A stretch of DNA of 64,000 nucleotides from Phaeosaccion multiseriatum (Eukaryota; Protista; Ochrophyta, other classes), in contig OZ218956.1 of the NCBI GenBank assembly GCA_965112735.1, positions 1,178,001 to 1,242,000 of the forward strand. Reading direction: 5' to 3'. A program made the translations under genes and the position numbers. Under the pieces are notes generated by a model that searched no databases, had not been told where the DNA came from, and saw only the letters and a list, made by a program, of their open reading frames with translations. Positions 25,051 through 37,909 of the stretch are shown piece by piece (positions within the stretch are counted from its first letter, which is position 1; each line of letters opens with the position of its first letter).

Positions 25051-27967
25051 TCAGCCCTGGAGGAGGGTAAAGACGCCAAAGGCATAGCACGGCAGCACAA
25101 GATTGTCTACTTGGTGGGTAAAGGCCTCCATCAGCGTCACCAGCAACACAGGACCCCCCAGACGAAGGGCGGGCCTGCCCATCACCGCCGACACCACAGC
25201 TGCAGCGGTTTGTGACACCGCGGCTGTGGAGGCAGATACAAAGTCTCTTCCCCGTCCTCCTCCTCCTCCAATCGGATCCTCAAACCATTGAAGAAGCCAG
25301 AAACGAGATGAGGAGGAGGAGGAGGAGGAGGAGGAGGAGGGGGGGGGGGGCAGCGGAAGGAGCTTCGGAGGCAGCAAGCAGCGCTGCAGCAGGAAGAGCG
25401 AGAGGAGGGTGGACAGGAACACTGCGATGGAGCCCTCCATGGTCCGATGCGACCCCACCCACCTTGCCCTGCCCACCTTGGACCCGACTACAGCTCCCAT
25501 CGCGTCTCCCACCCCGACCACAACGATGCCCACGTAGGACAGTGGGTGGGTGCATCCTCTGCTGCTGCCCATGTGACTGCTGTTACTGCTGCTGGTGCTG
25601 CTGCTGCTGCTGCTCGTGTCCCAGCCTTGCTCCCAGTGAGTTTCACTGTGCGTTGCCAGGCTGTACGTGCCCCGATTGAGCCACACGGGAATGGCGCAGC
25701 CGAGGAGGAGGAAGAGGTGTGTGACATACACGCTTCCACTGTCGTTTCGCCTTCAGTTACATTCAGTTACATTCAATAGAAGTGTTCATTCCGTGACGGG
25801 GGAAGGGGGGTGGGGTGCACGCAATCGCAGCGAGAGAGTCAGCCCAAGATATGCTTGGGAGGAGGAAGAGAGAGCCGAAGAAGGAACCGAATCAATGAAT
25901 CACAACCAAACTTGGGTCAGTCAACCACGTCAGTCAGGCTCCTTCCCTGAATCTATCCATAACCACTCTTTTCATTTTCGTAGTCAATGAATCAATCAAT
26001 GGAATGAATGAAACAATCAATCAATTACCTGTCCTCGAAGGTCAGGTAGAATCGGTTGACAACGGCGGCGATGGGCCAGCACGCAGTGAGGCGAAGAGCC
26101 TCGAGCATCACGAGAACCCCAAGTCCGACCCCCAAGGACAGGCACATGAAGTCCTTATCGACCTTAGGCCGGGGGAGGGGGGCGGGGGTAAGTAGAAGGG
26201 TGGAGCAGGGTAAGGTAGAGTCGACAAGGGCAGGGGACAGCACACGCACGCTCGCACACACACACACACACACACACACCAACAGCCTCTCTCTCCCTCT
26301 CTGTATCTCCCTCTCTTTGCCTCTCCTTCTCCCTCTCTGTGTCTCCCTCTGTTTCCATCTCCCTCTCCCTCTCCCTCTCTGTGTCTCCCTCTTTTTCTCT
26401 CTCCCTCTCCCTCTTACATAGGCAGCCGGTACGAACATGACCGTGGCCAGGGCGTGAAAGAGCTTCCGTGAAGTCACCGCTCGCATCTTCCCCCTCCGCG
26501 ACAGAGCCTCAATGGCAGGTAGGCCCACGAGTAGCAGCACCAGCCAGTACAAGATGACGAGAAGGGGCTCTCGACGGCTGCCGACCTCACCAATCACCCA
26601 AAGCAGGGGGTTCTGCCCCTCCAGCAAGACGCACATCCACAGCAGCCAGCAAGTCACAGATGGCAGGACGACCACATAGGGCAGAAGAGTAGCAAGAGAC
26701 GCCCCTCCCGCGGCTCCACCAGCAGCAACCTTGCCCTTTGAGGGTGGGGGCACATTCCTCTTCCCCACCGCTCTTCGGTCATCCTCCTCCTCCTCCTCCT
26801 CCTCCTCCTCCTCAAGCCGAAGAGAGAAGAGCCGCCGGAGCGGGGGCAGGAGGAGCCACAGCAGGAGGCCCGTCCAGAGGCACCCCAGCAGCCCCACTTG
26901 CACCACGCGCTCCGCCATGGGGCGGTCCGGGGGGGCGGGGAACAGGGCACTGAGCTCCTCGAGCGTAGACAAGATGGGCTCAAACGCCGCCCCCGCACTT
27001 TGATATATCACCAACTGCTCCTCTTGGTGCTGCTGCTGCTGCTGCTGCTGTTGCTGCTGTCTCCTCCTGGTGAGGAGGAGAAGGGTGTAGAGGATGCTGT
27101 CACAGAGCCACAGCGTGACAGCCTGTGCCAAGATCACCGCCTCGCCGGTGCGTAGGGACAGCACATCCACAACCAAGCGGGAGGAGGAGGAGGAGCCTCC
27201 GTCGCTATCGTTGTCCTGCTTCCCGGCCATATTTCTGTGGCCCGCTGCTGCTGCCGCTGTATCACCAACTGCTGCACCGGCTGCTCGGGTTTCCGGTCTC
27301 ATATGCACCGTGGCTTTGACAGGAGGAGACCCGAGCGTCGATGATGAGCTTGAGGTTGCTCTGACTACCCTCCTACTTGCACCCCCTGAGCTCCTACTTG
27401 CACCCCCTGAGGAGGAATCAGGTCCTGACGAGCTATTCCTTCGCTCCCGCGCCCTACCGCATGACAGAATACAGCAAAGGAAGGAAGAGAAGACGAAAAT
27501 AAAAAAAATGAGGGGAGGAAGGTACAGGGCTCGCTCCAATTAGGAAGCTCCTCTCTCTCTCCCTCTCTCTCTTGCACGTTCTTCAGTCTCAGAAGATAGG
27601 GACAAGAGGGGGAATACTAATTATATCATCAACTGGTAGTACCCCCCCCCCTTCCTCCTGTGAGCACAGCAGCGGGAGCAGCGCACACGCACTCACCGGA
27701 TAGAAGGAGAGCCAGAGGCCGCTCTGCTGTTGTGAGAAAAGTCAGACAAAGCGATCGCTGGCATGGACGGAGGACGCGCCTCCTCGAGCAACACATCATC
27801 TGCAGCAGAAGGAGCGGTAGGAGACGTGGTGGTGACACTAGCAGCAGCAGTACCAGCAGCGGTAGCTGCAACGCTTGGTGGGACAGCAACAGCCACCTCG
27901 CCTGCTCCTCTTGTCAGGCTCTCTGAAGCAGTAGAGCTGCCTCTGCTGCCCTCGCGACTTGCTCCTC

Positions 27968-28004
<37 letters not shown>

Positions 28005-28775
28005 CCGTCGCGCTGCTGTATCACCAACCGTTGTAGAGGAGGCAGGGGTACCTGTCCGGAGGGAGAGGCTGCGCCTCCCTCGAGACGTCGCCTCAGCCTT
28101 GACCGGCGACAGCAGCACCCGCATGAGCAAGTCGTACCCCAGCACAACCCACAGAGACACGAGCCGATGCGATGGGTGCACCACTGCAAACGCCAGCAGC
28201 GCCAGAGCGACTTGGCGGGTGTTTGTGGAACACAACCACGACCCTGCAAAGCCCTTGCACCTGCTGGGAGGTATGTGTGAGTGCGTGCGTGCGTGCGTGC
28301 GTGCGTGCGTGTGTGCGTGTGTGCGTGTGTATATGTGTGTTCAGTGTTACGCTTGACAATTGAAGTATGCGTAAGAAGCAGACAAAAAGACAAAACAGGA
28401 TAAGGAAACAGACAGGAAAAAGAGATTCTAGGGTCACCCGGGGGGGAAAGGGGGGAGGGGTACAGGAGCAGGGGGTGGCAGTGGATGGAAGTGAATGGCA
28501 GTGGGTGGCGGTGGCTCAATTATGGTACGATAGGGGACGCGGCTCATTTATCTGTTCAGTCCAAAGTCCTCACTGCCCTCACTTCACTTCGGCCCGCCAT
28601 AGAGCGGCACCCGCAGCAACACGACCACAGAACACAGCAGAGCAGAGGAGCAGGAGGAGAGGACAGGATTCGCAGGAAGGCGAGGTAGAGGGGGAGAGAG
28701 AAGAGAGGCGTGGCCTTGGTGCCTGGGGGGGGGGGGCAAGAGGAAAGGCGGCACCGTAGAGCGAGGAAAGGAAGC
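25051..28775 (-). CDS. DOLK: Dolichol kinase (SEC59/DOLK family), multi-exon; N-terminus uncertain
   Basis: SRKLFHALATVMFVP, YVTHLFLLLGCAIPVWL, GIVVVGVGDAMGAVVGSKVGRARWVGSHRTMEGS, LMEAFTHQVDNLVLP are CTP-dependent dolichol kinase signatures, with many TM helices. Confidence 0.88.
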
Positions 28776-29002
28776 CTGTGCCTCTCCTCCACCCCGTCCA
28801 GTGGCATGCACAACCACCACCACTCTCGCTCTCCTCTGCCCCTCCTCTCCCCACCCATCACCCGCTTGTCCCCTCCTCTCGCCCCACTCCTCTCTCTCTC
28901 TCTCTCTCTTCCCCTTTTCTTTCCCCTCCCCGATCGAGGGGAGGGGGCAGAGGGAAGGAGCGACAAGGCACGCATGCACGCACGTATGCACGTACGCACG
29001 CA

Positions 29003-31326
29003 CACCAAGGCTTCGCTGAAGGCCATGCTCAGACGCCGCTCGCGAGAGTCGGGTTGGAAGAAGAGGGCTTTGGAGCTTTCAAGAAGCGGCGGAGGAGATA
29101 TTAATCATAGCCGGTACAGGAGAGGATGGGGATGGATGCAGAAACAAGGCAAAACCCTCGCAGCACATACATCCCAGTGTATCTTCATTCGTTGCCCTCT
29201 CGTTGCGTCTGTCTCCCACTTACTCAGTCAGTCAGTCAGTCAGTCACCCAGTCAGTCGCCCACTTACTTACTCCCTCGCTCCCCCCCTCCCTCCCTCCTT
29301 CATCAGTCACTCACTTGGCGAGGTGCTGGGCGGTTGTGATGACGCTCGACACGGAACAAATCAGCGCAAGCTCCAGCAGCGTCTCCACATAAGCCATGAG
29401 CTCTCTGACTCGGAGCAAATCAGTCTCTATGCTTCCTCCGCCGCGACTGCGACCGACGGCGCCATCGTCGTGATGATGGATCGCATCATGAATGGCAATG
29501 CGCCAGGATGCATATTCATCATCATTCGGTTTTGGATGAGACAAAGAAAGTGGGAGGGGGAGAGGGGCGTAATGACAGGGCAGAAGGGAAGGAAAAGGAA
29601 GCAAAAGAGTACATTAGTAACTGTAGGAGAAATAGTGCCTAGAGAGCAGAGAGCAGCAGCAGTGAGAGGAGTCTGTTGCTCATCCATCCCCGAGGCCTGA
29701 GAGAGGAAGAGAGAGACGAGAGAGAGGGGCCGAGGTGTATATAGAGAGGGACGAGGGAGAGAGGGGTGGGGGGGGGGGGGGGGCATATGAGCACCACAAA
29801 AAGGCGCCGCTCCTTCGTCTCACCTCGGGTGTAACCGCCGGAGGGGCGTTAGGTGCGCTATCGCTCGCAGCTCCTCCTGCTGCTGGGCGAGAGAAGCCAG
29901 CCAGCCGCACAGTACCAGCGGCACCAACCCTGCCCCCATTGCCATGGTAGAGAAGTCGCCTCTCTGCCCTTCCCCGCCTCCGCCTTCACGAGGCTGTGTC
30001 TGTGTCTGTGTGGGCAAGCCGCTGCTCCGTACCCCCGCACCTGTCCCTCTAGTGCTTGGCTGCTCCTCCTCCTCCCCTTGCTCCTCTCCCACACTGCCTC
30101 CCCCATCCCCATATGTGTGACCACGCGCTGATGCTTCTGTATCACCAACTGCTGCTGCTGCTGCTGCTGCTGCGGCCGCTGCTGCTGCTGTATCACCAAC
30201 TACTGCTGACGCCTCTCCTTCCACTCCCCCTGGGCCGCTGCGCATAGCCTGGGCTGAAGGCCGCTTGGACCTGCCCGTCGTGCTTCGCATCACTATTCGC
30301 ACACCTGTGGCCCCAGTCGTGAATGCGTGAGTGTGTGTTTGTGTGTGTGCGTGTGGGTGCGTGAGCGTGTGTGTGCGTGTGCGTGTGTGTGGGGGGGGGG
30401 CAGGGTGGTATACAAAAGGCTTTCATGAGCGGGGGGGGAGGTCCAGGAGGATGCAGCACAACAATGGGACGCACACATACACACACACACACACCTACTC
30501 CCCCGCCCCTCCCTCCACAAGGCGCCCGTCTGCCGAACACAGGTTAAGGCACCTTGTGCGTCCACAAAGTCCCAAGGTGCCCCCCCCCTCCTCACTCACT
30601 CTCTCTGGCGTTTCCGCCTGCCCTGGCAAGTCCCTTGGTCGGTCTGGTCACGATGCCCATCACTCCGGTCCCGATACCTTTGACGAGTCCCCGTGCTCCT
30701 CCATGATGTGCGCCAACAATGGGGTCTTTTAACACCCCAATCGCACCATTGGCGAAGCCCTCCACCACATAGAGAAGCTCCCCGCCGGGCAAGTACCTTC
30801 GCGGCGCCTTTTTCGCAGGCGGTGCCCCCTGCCCATATGACTGTTGCTGCTGATGCTGATGCTGCTGCTGCTGCCTGCTCCGCCGCTCGTGTGGATGGCG
30901 GCTGCGCTCACACGTGGTGGGGTCTTGACCAATGCGAGTTTGCGTTTGCGGGGCCCGCGGGGGCTGCGGCTGATGGGTGAGGTGGTGCCCTGGTCCAGAG
31001 CTTCTTACCCTGATCCGACCTGACCCTAATGCCCGCTGTGGCTCAGACGACGCCGCCGGTGGGGCAAGACCGGAGGGGGGTGGGGACGAGGTGAGAGCCG
31101 AGGTCGGGGGAGAAGTGGCAGTGGCAGATGCACTACCCGAAGTCCCTGGCATGGAGGGGGGCGAGAAGGACCCCCCTTGCGCCTGGAGGAGGAAGCCAGG
31201 TGATGGTGATGGTGATGGAGAGAGAGAGAGCGATGGCGCAAGAGGCGAGGCAGGAACGCTCCAGCTCGCACTGTGGGTGTTGGTGTCGTCGTCGTCGTCG
31301 TCGTCGTCGTCGTTGTTGTTGTTGTT

Positions 31327-31404
<78 letters not shown>

Positions 31405-31597
31405 GTTGTTGTCGTCGTCGTCGTCGCCGTTGTCGTTGTTGTTGTTGCTGTTGTTTTCGTTGTTGGTGTTGTTGTCGTCGTCGTCGTCGTTGTTGTTGTT
31501 GTTGTTGTTGATGATGTTGTTGTTACTGTAGTTGTAGTTGTAGTTGTTGTAGTTGCTTTCGTTGTTGGTGTTGTTGTTATCGTCGTCGTCGTCGTCG

Positions 31598-31650
<53 letters not shown>

Positions 31651-31731
31651 ATCGTCGTCGTCGTCGTTGTTGTTGTCGTTGTCATTGGTGGTGGTGGTGG
31701 TGGGACTGTTGGTGTTGCTGGTGTTGTTTTC

Positions 31732-31793
<62 letters not shown>

Positions 31794-32736
31794 CGTCGTC
31801 GTCGTTGTATTTGCTATTGCCGGTGGCATGATGCCCCCTTCCCTCAGGGGAGAGCATCCCCTGCGCGGTGACGAGATTCGATAAAAGCAAGGGCTCACTC
31901 GTTCGACGGCGTGTACTACTCCTCCTTTCCCCCCTTGCCGAGTCTATGCTGCTGCGGTTGCTGCTTCTTCCTCCTCCCACTGCTCCTCCGCCTTCGATAA
32001 TATCCCCAGCGGCCGAGAAAGATTGCCTAGTAGTCGCAGCAGCGGAATCACCGCCATGTGAAAAGGCTCTCGCATGGGACGCGTGGGAGGATCCGGATCC
32101 GCATTTCCTTGCTTGATTACGTACGTCGCCTGTCGCCTCGACCTCCAAGTTGCCGCTCCCCCCGGCCGCTGCTGCAGCGGGTGGTGCTGTTGCTGAAGGT
32201 GCTAATGAGGCGGCCATCTTTGGACCAGAATATGTCGCTTCCCCGAGACTGGCGAGATTAGGAGAAGATGCGCTGGAGTGATGAGAGGAAAGCAGTGCAA
32301 CAGCAGCAGGTCTCTTGCTAAGCCTCTTTAAGTGCAGTCGGCTCTTCTTTGCTGAGGCTCTCAACGCCGCTCCCCGTCCTCCCCCTGTCTTCTCTGCCTT
32401 GGCTGCATCTTCCCTTTGCTGCTGTTCTTGCTGCTCCTGCTGCTCTTGACGCTGCTGCTCTTGACGCTGCTGCTCTTGATGCTGCTGCTCTTGGCGCTGC
32501 TGCTCTTGGCGCTCCCGCTGTTTCTGGAGTATCTGTGCCTTGACTGCCGCCTTCTTTGCCTCAACTGCACGTCGTTGCCTCTGGAGCACGCCCCACACAC
32601 CACCCAGCCCCACGCTTCCCAGCATCAGCAGAGACAAGCCGATGCGCCCCGTCTGATACCACAGCATACTACCGGCGGGGAAGAGAGCAGCAAACAGCAC
32701 CAGCAGCTCCCCAACGGCCGGCGTAAGGTGGGGCAT
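29003..32736 (-). CDS. Hypothetical membrane protein: two N-terminal TM helices, poly-Q and poly-N/D tracts, ATG2/VPS13 C-terminal-like Gly-rich amphipathic motif
   Basis: 714-aa first-exon ORF ending EGFANGAIGVLKDPIVGAHHGGARGLVKGIGTGVMGIVTRPTKG. Downstream exons at about 30304-29824, 29447-29314 and 29075-29008. The 3' end is unresolved. Confidence 0.55.
31286..31806. repeat. (GTT)n/(GTC)n compound microsatellite, about 520 bp, read as poly-Asn/Asp on the minus strand
   Basis: Directly visible. The reading frame stays open across it. Confidence 0.92.
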
Positions 32737-32905
32737 CTTCCTTCCTCATCCGCGGTTTACGGCATTAGGTGCCTGTCACATATTTTTTTCATTTTCCTTT
32801 CTCCTGCTCTCCTATAAAATCTGGGGGGGGTGGGGAAGATTGCCTAATAGTAAGGGAGAAGGTCGAAAGGAGGAAACGCACGCCCAGCAGTTTTGCTCTA
32901 CGTCA

Positions 32906-33235
32906 TACGCTCTAGGCCGCTCACTTTTCAGTCCTAGGCGGCCCCTAGCCCGCCTCTAGGCAGCCTCCCAGTGACCGTGGGCGCGTGCGTGGTGCCGCCC
33001 AGCCTGCAGGCCTGCACTCCTCGTAGGGCCCGCGAGGCGGAAAGAGACAACACGAACACTCAATCCCATGCAATACATTTGCTTAAAACTGATTCCTCTT
33101 TGCACTCTGGGCACTCCCACCGTCCGCCTACTAGTTGGCGTCTGCCCTATAAGCGGCGGCATATAAATAGGCCGAGGACCTACGGCCCTCGCTAGGCCGG
33201 GTAATGTTCCCAAATAGGCCTAGGCCGCTAGGCGT
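32906..33235. repeat. CTAG/GGCC-rich intergenic segment, probable degenerate dispersed element
   Basis: Multiple CTAGGC(C) motifs cluster at both ends. The left end is homologous to 8753-8786 (reverse complement). Confidence 0.5.
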
Positions 33236-33710
33236 GCATGGGGCTGACTCTTCCTCTTCCTCCTTCGACTTCGACCTCCTTTCCTTCCCCCTTTCTCCCC
33301 TCCCTCCCTCGGAAGGTCAGTGTCGGGGGCTGTGCGACAGAGGACATGATGGGGTATAACATAAAAGAATGTTCATTCCCCGGCGTCCACGGAGGCTCGA
33401 GCGGTGTGCGACAGCCTCTCAGGCTCTAAATGGGATTTCCTTTCTTAAATTCCGCCACGGAAGGCACCGAATCAGTGTTTGTAGCAGTTCTGTGGTATCG
33501 CGTGGGGGTCAGAGTGAATGATTACTCCATCTTGCTCCACCCCCTTCCCCCTTGACCTGGCTGACTGACTGACTGACTCACTGGCACCCCATAGTGCTCT
33601 GCATTTCTTTACTGCACTATCGTACTGGAGTCGCACCCTCCCCATGCGCAGCAGCCTGACAGTCTCCACCACTCCTTGCAGCCTGTTGTCCACCTCTCTC
33701 GTTCTCTCCT

Positions 33711-35207
33711 TCATTCGGGCCCTTCGTCCTCCCAGCCCCCCCAGAAGGCGCTGAGGTCGTAGGGCTCGTTGTCGCCACCGTTGTCGCCGTCGTCCTTGCC
33801 TCCCCCCGCTGCTAGGGCCGTCTCCGTCTCGGTCTCTATCTGCCTCCGTCCCTGCGCAGTCTCTCCGCGCCTGCCTTCGCCCCCCCCCTGCAGCGCTCTC
33901 TTGACCTCGCCATTGAGGGCGTTCTTGTGGCACTCCCACAGCTCGTCCTCGGGCACATTCTCCCTCCCGCCGTACACCTCAGCTACCATCCACTCCACCA
34001 CACGAGCATGACCACATAGGCATGCATAGTAGAGAGCATTGCGGCCGAAGCCCCCATCCACTGCCACCTTGAGGTCGTACACAGGAGGGCGGCGCGCCCG
34101 GGCTCCTTGCCCGTCGGCGAGGCAACCCTTCTCACTGGTACTGTTCGCATCACCTTGCCCCTCTGCAACACGGGTCGCCAATCTCTCTTGGCTAGGAGCA
34201 GGAGAAGCATCAACAACGCCCCCGTTGTCATCGCCAACAGCGTGTAAGGCTTGCAGCAGAGCGAGGTCACCCCTCTTGGCCCCAGGAATAATTTCATGCG
34301 TCCGGTCCTCATGCACCGACACTTGCTGCTGCCGCTGCTGTTGCTGTGCCGGTGGCTCCTGTCGCTCCTGTATCATCATCATCTCCTGCTTCCCGGTCGG
34401 GAAAGGCTGCTGCAGCTGGCCAAGCAGATCTCTGAGTTCCAGTAGCTCACTCACCACCTCATGTCTCTCTTTGTCGCTGCCTTCGACTGTGGGCTGTTGC
34501 TGCTGTATCCTTCCGATGATGCCACTCAGTCGACTCTCAACGACTTGCATCAACGATTCTCTCTCCAGGGTCTCAGTCTGACCGTTTAGGGGGAGATCAG
34601 ACGCAGGTGACGGGGGCGCGGTAGTGGCAGTATACTCTTCCCCGCCGTGTTCCCAGGGCCCCTTGTTGCTGGGCTTTATACACCCGAGACCTCGCTGGCG
34701 AATGAGAGCAGGCCTACCCCGTCTTCTCGGCCGTAAGAGGCGGTGAAGGTGATGCTGCTGCCGCTCATGATTCTTCTGTCGCCCTTGCCTGGTCTTCGCC
34801 TTTTTTTCCTGCTGCTGCAGACAGTCGAGGAACCCTACATAGGACACCTCGTACTCGTCTTCTGCTCGCCCCTGCTGAGCCGGAACGAAGCGAATCGCTG
34901 ATGCAATATCTGGAAGGTTCCCACTGCAGCTGCTGTTAGTAGTAGCGTCAATATCTTCGAGGGTTCGAGGTGTGATGTCGTCGTCACAGAAACTCAGGAT
35001 GATACGGAGAACGTCATCCTTTGATGTACCTCCCATGCCCACGTCCTGCAGCACACGCACCACATCCTCTGTAGAGAGGAAGCCCGACTTGTCCTGGTCC
35101 ATGGCCCGGTACTCCCGGAGCATCTGCGATCTGGCCTCTCCAAAGCTCCCGCTCTGCGCCACCAGCTTCAGGAGCAGTCGCTCTCGAGCTCGACGTGGTG
35201 CAATCAT
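33711..35207 (-). CDS. EF-hand plus ankyrin-repeat protein, single exon
   Basis: EF-hand loop DQDKSGFLSTED and ankyrin-like GRNALYYACLCGHARVVEWMV. First ATG at 35207. Confidence 0.75.
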   Translation of the reverse strand: MIAPRRARERLLLKLVAQSGSFGEARSQMLREYRAMDQDKSGFLSTEDVVRVLQDVGMGGTSKDDVLRIILSFCDDDITPRTLEDIDATTNSSCSGNLPDIASAIRFVPAQQGRAEDEYEVSYVGFLDCLQQQEKKAKTRQGRQKNHERQQHHLHRLLRPRRRGRPALIRQRGLGCIKPSNKGPWEHGGEEYTATTAPPSPASDLPLNGQTETLERESLMQVVESRLSGIIGRIQQQQPTVEGSDKERHEVVSELLELRDLLGQLQQPFPTGKQEMMMIQERQEPPAQQQQRQQQVSVHEDRTHEIIPGAKRGDLALLQALHAVGDDNGGVVDASPAPSQERLATRVAEGQGDANSTSEKGCLADGQGARARRPPVYDLKVAVDGGFGRNALYYACLCGHARVVEWMVAEVYGGRENVPEDELWECHKNALNGEVKRALQGGGEGRRGETAQGRRQIETETETALAAGGGKDDGDNGGDNEPYDLSAFWGGWEDEGPE

Positions 35208-35516
35208 TTTCGCTGCTCCACATACGTCTTTTTCCTCTCTCCAGCCCACGCTCTAAGAAGAACCAAAAGGAGAAAAAAAAAATCAACGTTACAGAATTGT
35301 TGACTTAGGCGCAATTTGAATTTGTGGGATTCTTGCCTCCCGCCGACTCCCCCCATCCTTTTCTGGCTCTCTCGTCTCACGCGGGTGCTCCGCTCCACGA
35401 TCGATCCCCAACATCGAGAGAGAGGATCTAAGGTTCTTCCACAGAAGATCCGCGCTGGCGCGGCAAGCCGCGACAGTAGCCTCCCCGAAAGCAGGCCCCC
35501 CCCCACCCGAGGTGGG
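35208..35516. promoter_or_regulatory. Divergent promoter region (EF-hand/ANK gene and DPH2)
   Basis: 309 bp between head-to-head ATGs, with a poly-A tract at about 35273-35282. Confidence 0.45.
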
Positions 35517-36829
35517 ATGGCTGCCAGCGTGAAAATTGAGTTCGATGATGGCAGCCGGGTCATGCGGCGAGGACTGGATGAAACAGAGGACGCAGGCGTG
35601 GCTGCGGCAGCGGCTGCGGCGACGGGAGGGGCGGCCTCCGCCGCTGTGGCTCTTGTTCGGGCGGCTACCAAGGGCTCGGCGTCGGCCGCGGGGTCGGGGC
35701 CGGGATCCAGGGCGGCAGCGTCGGAATTTGCCGCCTTTTACGAGATTGAGAGGACTGTGGATTTCATCTGCGGACAGAGCACAGGCACTGAGAGCGGTGT
35801 GGCAGCCCCCTTTTCGCGAGTGGCGCTTCAGTTCCCGGAGAGCCTGCTTCCAGAGGCCCCCGAGGTACTGTGGGCGTTGGAGAATGGTGTTCGCAGGCGT
35901 ATCCAGGGCGCCGCCGCCGCCGCTGCTGCTGCTACTGCCCAGCTTTATCCAGGGGAGGACACTCCTGCCACCTCAATGCCCCTCATCTTCATCACCGGGG
36001 ACACCTCCTACGGCAGCTGCTGTGTGGACGAAGTGACGGCCCAGCATCTCCAGGCGGATGCCCTGGTCCACTACGGCCGAGCTTGCCTCAGTCCCACGGC
36101 AGCGCATCTGCCTGTTCTCTACGTCTTTGGGCGCCGCCCTCTGGAGGACGTGCCTCACTGCGCCGCGTGCATCGCCTCCTTGTTGGGAGTGCAGCAGGAG
36201 GGGCAGGAGGAGAAGGAGGAGGAGGAACAGGGGCGGGACCAGTACCAGGGGGCAGTGCTGCTCGTTTTTGACGTTGTATACAGTTACATTATCCCTGACG
36301 TGCTGGAAGCCCTGTCGCACGAAACTCTTCCCGCTGCTGCATCACCAACTGCTGCTGCTGGTGGTGGTGGCGGTGCTGCTGCTGCGGCTGCTGCTGCTTC
36401 TCCTTCCTTGGAGGGTGGGGCGGTGGGCGGTGGCAAGCGGAGTCGACGGAGAAGACCACTCCTGGTAGGTCAGGCTCTGTCTACGAATCTCCGTCTGGCG
36501 AGGAGGAAGAGTGGGGTCCGGGCGGCCACGTGCTCGTCCGGCTCCTGCGGGAGCGGTGCTGGGGGATCAAGTGGCAGTGCGAATGGCAGACATCAGGAGG
36601 GTGGAGGCTGTACTGGCGGGGAGCAGCGACAAGGAGGATCAAGAGAGGCGACAGAAGAGGGAGCAGGAGGAGTAAGAGGGGCAACAGAAGAGCGAGTAGG
36701 AGCGGTGGGGCCCAGGCGCTGTTGCACAGATAGCACAGCCGCTCGAGGGGGTGAGGGACAGGAGTGCAAGGTCGAAGTGGTGGGGCGAACAACGAGCGCC
36801 CAATCGTCGGCAGAGGCAGTGGCAGCAGA

Positions 36830-36866
<37 letters not shown>

Positions 36867-37073
36867 GCAGTAGCAGAAGCAGCAGGGAAAAGTATGGCGG
36901 TGGGAGGACTACTTGTGCCTGGGCTCACCGAGGAGGCTCTCTCCGGATTGTCTGCGGTGGTGTACATTGGGCAACAGGGGAGGCAGCTCACCAACGTGCT
37001 GCTGCGCTGCTCTAACTCGTGCGCCCGACAGGACGGCGGACAAGGCTGCTGGGTGTACGATCCCGACCAGCAC

Positions 37074-37120
<47 letters not shown>

Positions 37121-37874
37121 GGAGGCTAGCGATAGTAGTGTAGTGGCAGGGGTATCAAGGGCCGGCGATGATAGCGTAGCAGCAGTAGAGGCATCACGAG
37201 CGTTCTACAGGTCGGACAACGCGACCAACAGGCACCTCCGGCGGCGCTTCTACCTCGTGCAGAGGGCGAAAGAAGCGGAGATTGTGGGCGTGGTGGCGGG
37301 CACTCTCGGAGTGGAGCGCTACGATGATGTCATTCAGGTGTGTGCCCGCGTGTACATGTGTACCTACGTATGGTTACGTACAGGAGGAGGGCAGAGGGCT
37401 GGTGCATGAGCTTTCGGGGTTCAGGTTTTTTTGTGTGGACGCTGTTTATTGTAACTGCTGAGTAATTGCTGTGTTGTGCATGCTGTTTGTGTGTGTGTGT
37501 CCTACAGGGCCTGAGAAAGCTGGTGGAGAAGCACGGCAAGAAGGCGTACATCATCGCCGTGGGCAAGCTCAACGTCGCCAAGCTCGCCAACTTCGCCGAA
37601 GTGGATGTGTTTTGCCTCGTCGCGTGCTCCGAGAACTCTCTGCTGGACTGCAGGGACTTCCACGCCCCCATCGTGACGCCGCTGGAGATGGAAATGGCGC
37701 TAGGGGAGAGGGAGTGGAGCGGCTTTTACAGCACCGACTTTAACGCTCTTGACCACTGTTTACTGCAGCAGGAGCAGCCGCAGCAGGAGCAGCCGCAGCA
37801 GCAGCAGTCGTTGGCAGAGGAGGAGCAGGAGGAAGTGGGGGGAGGTGGTGGGATCGAGGGAAACGAGGTTGCGG

Positions 37875-37909
<35 letters not shown>

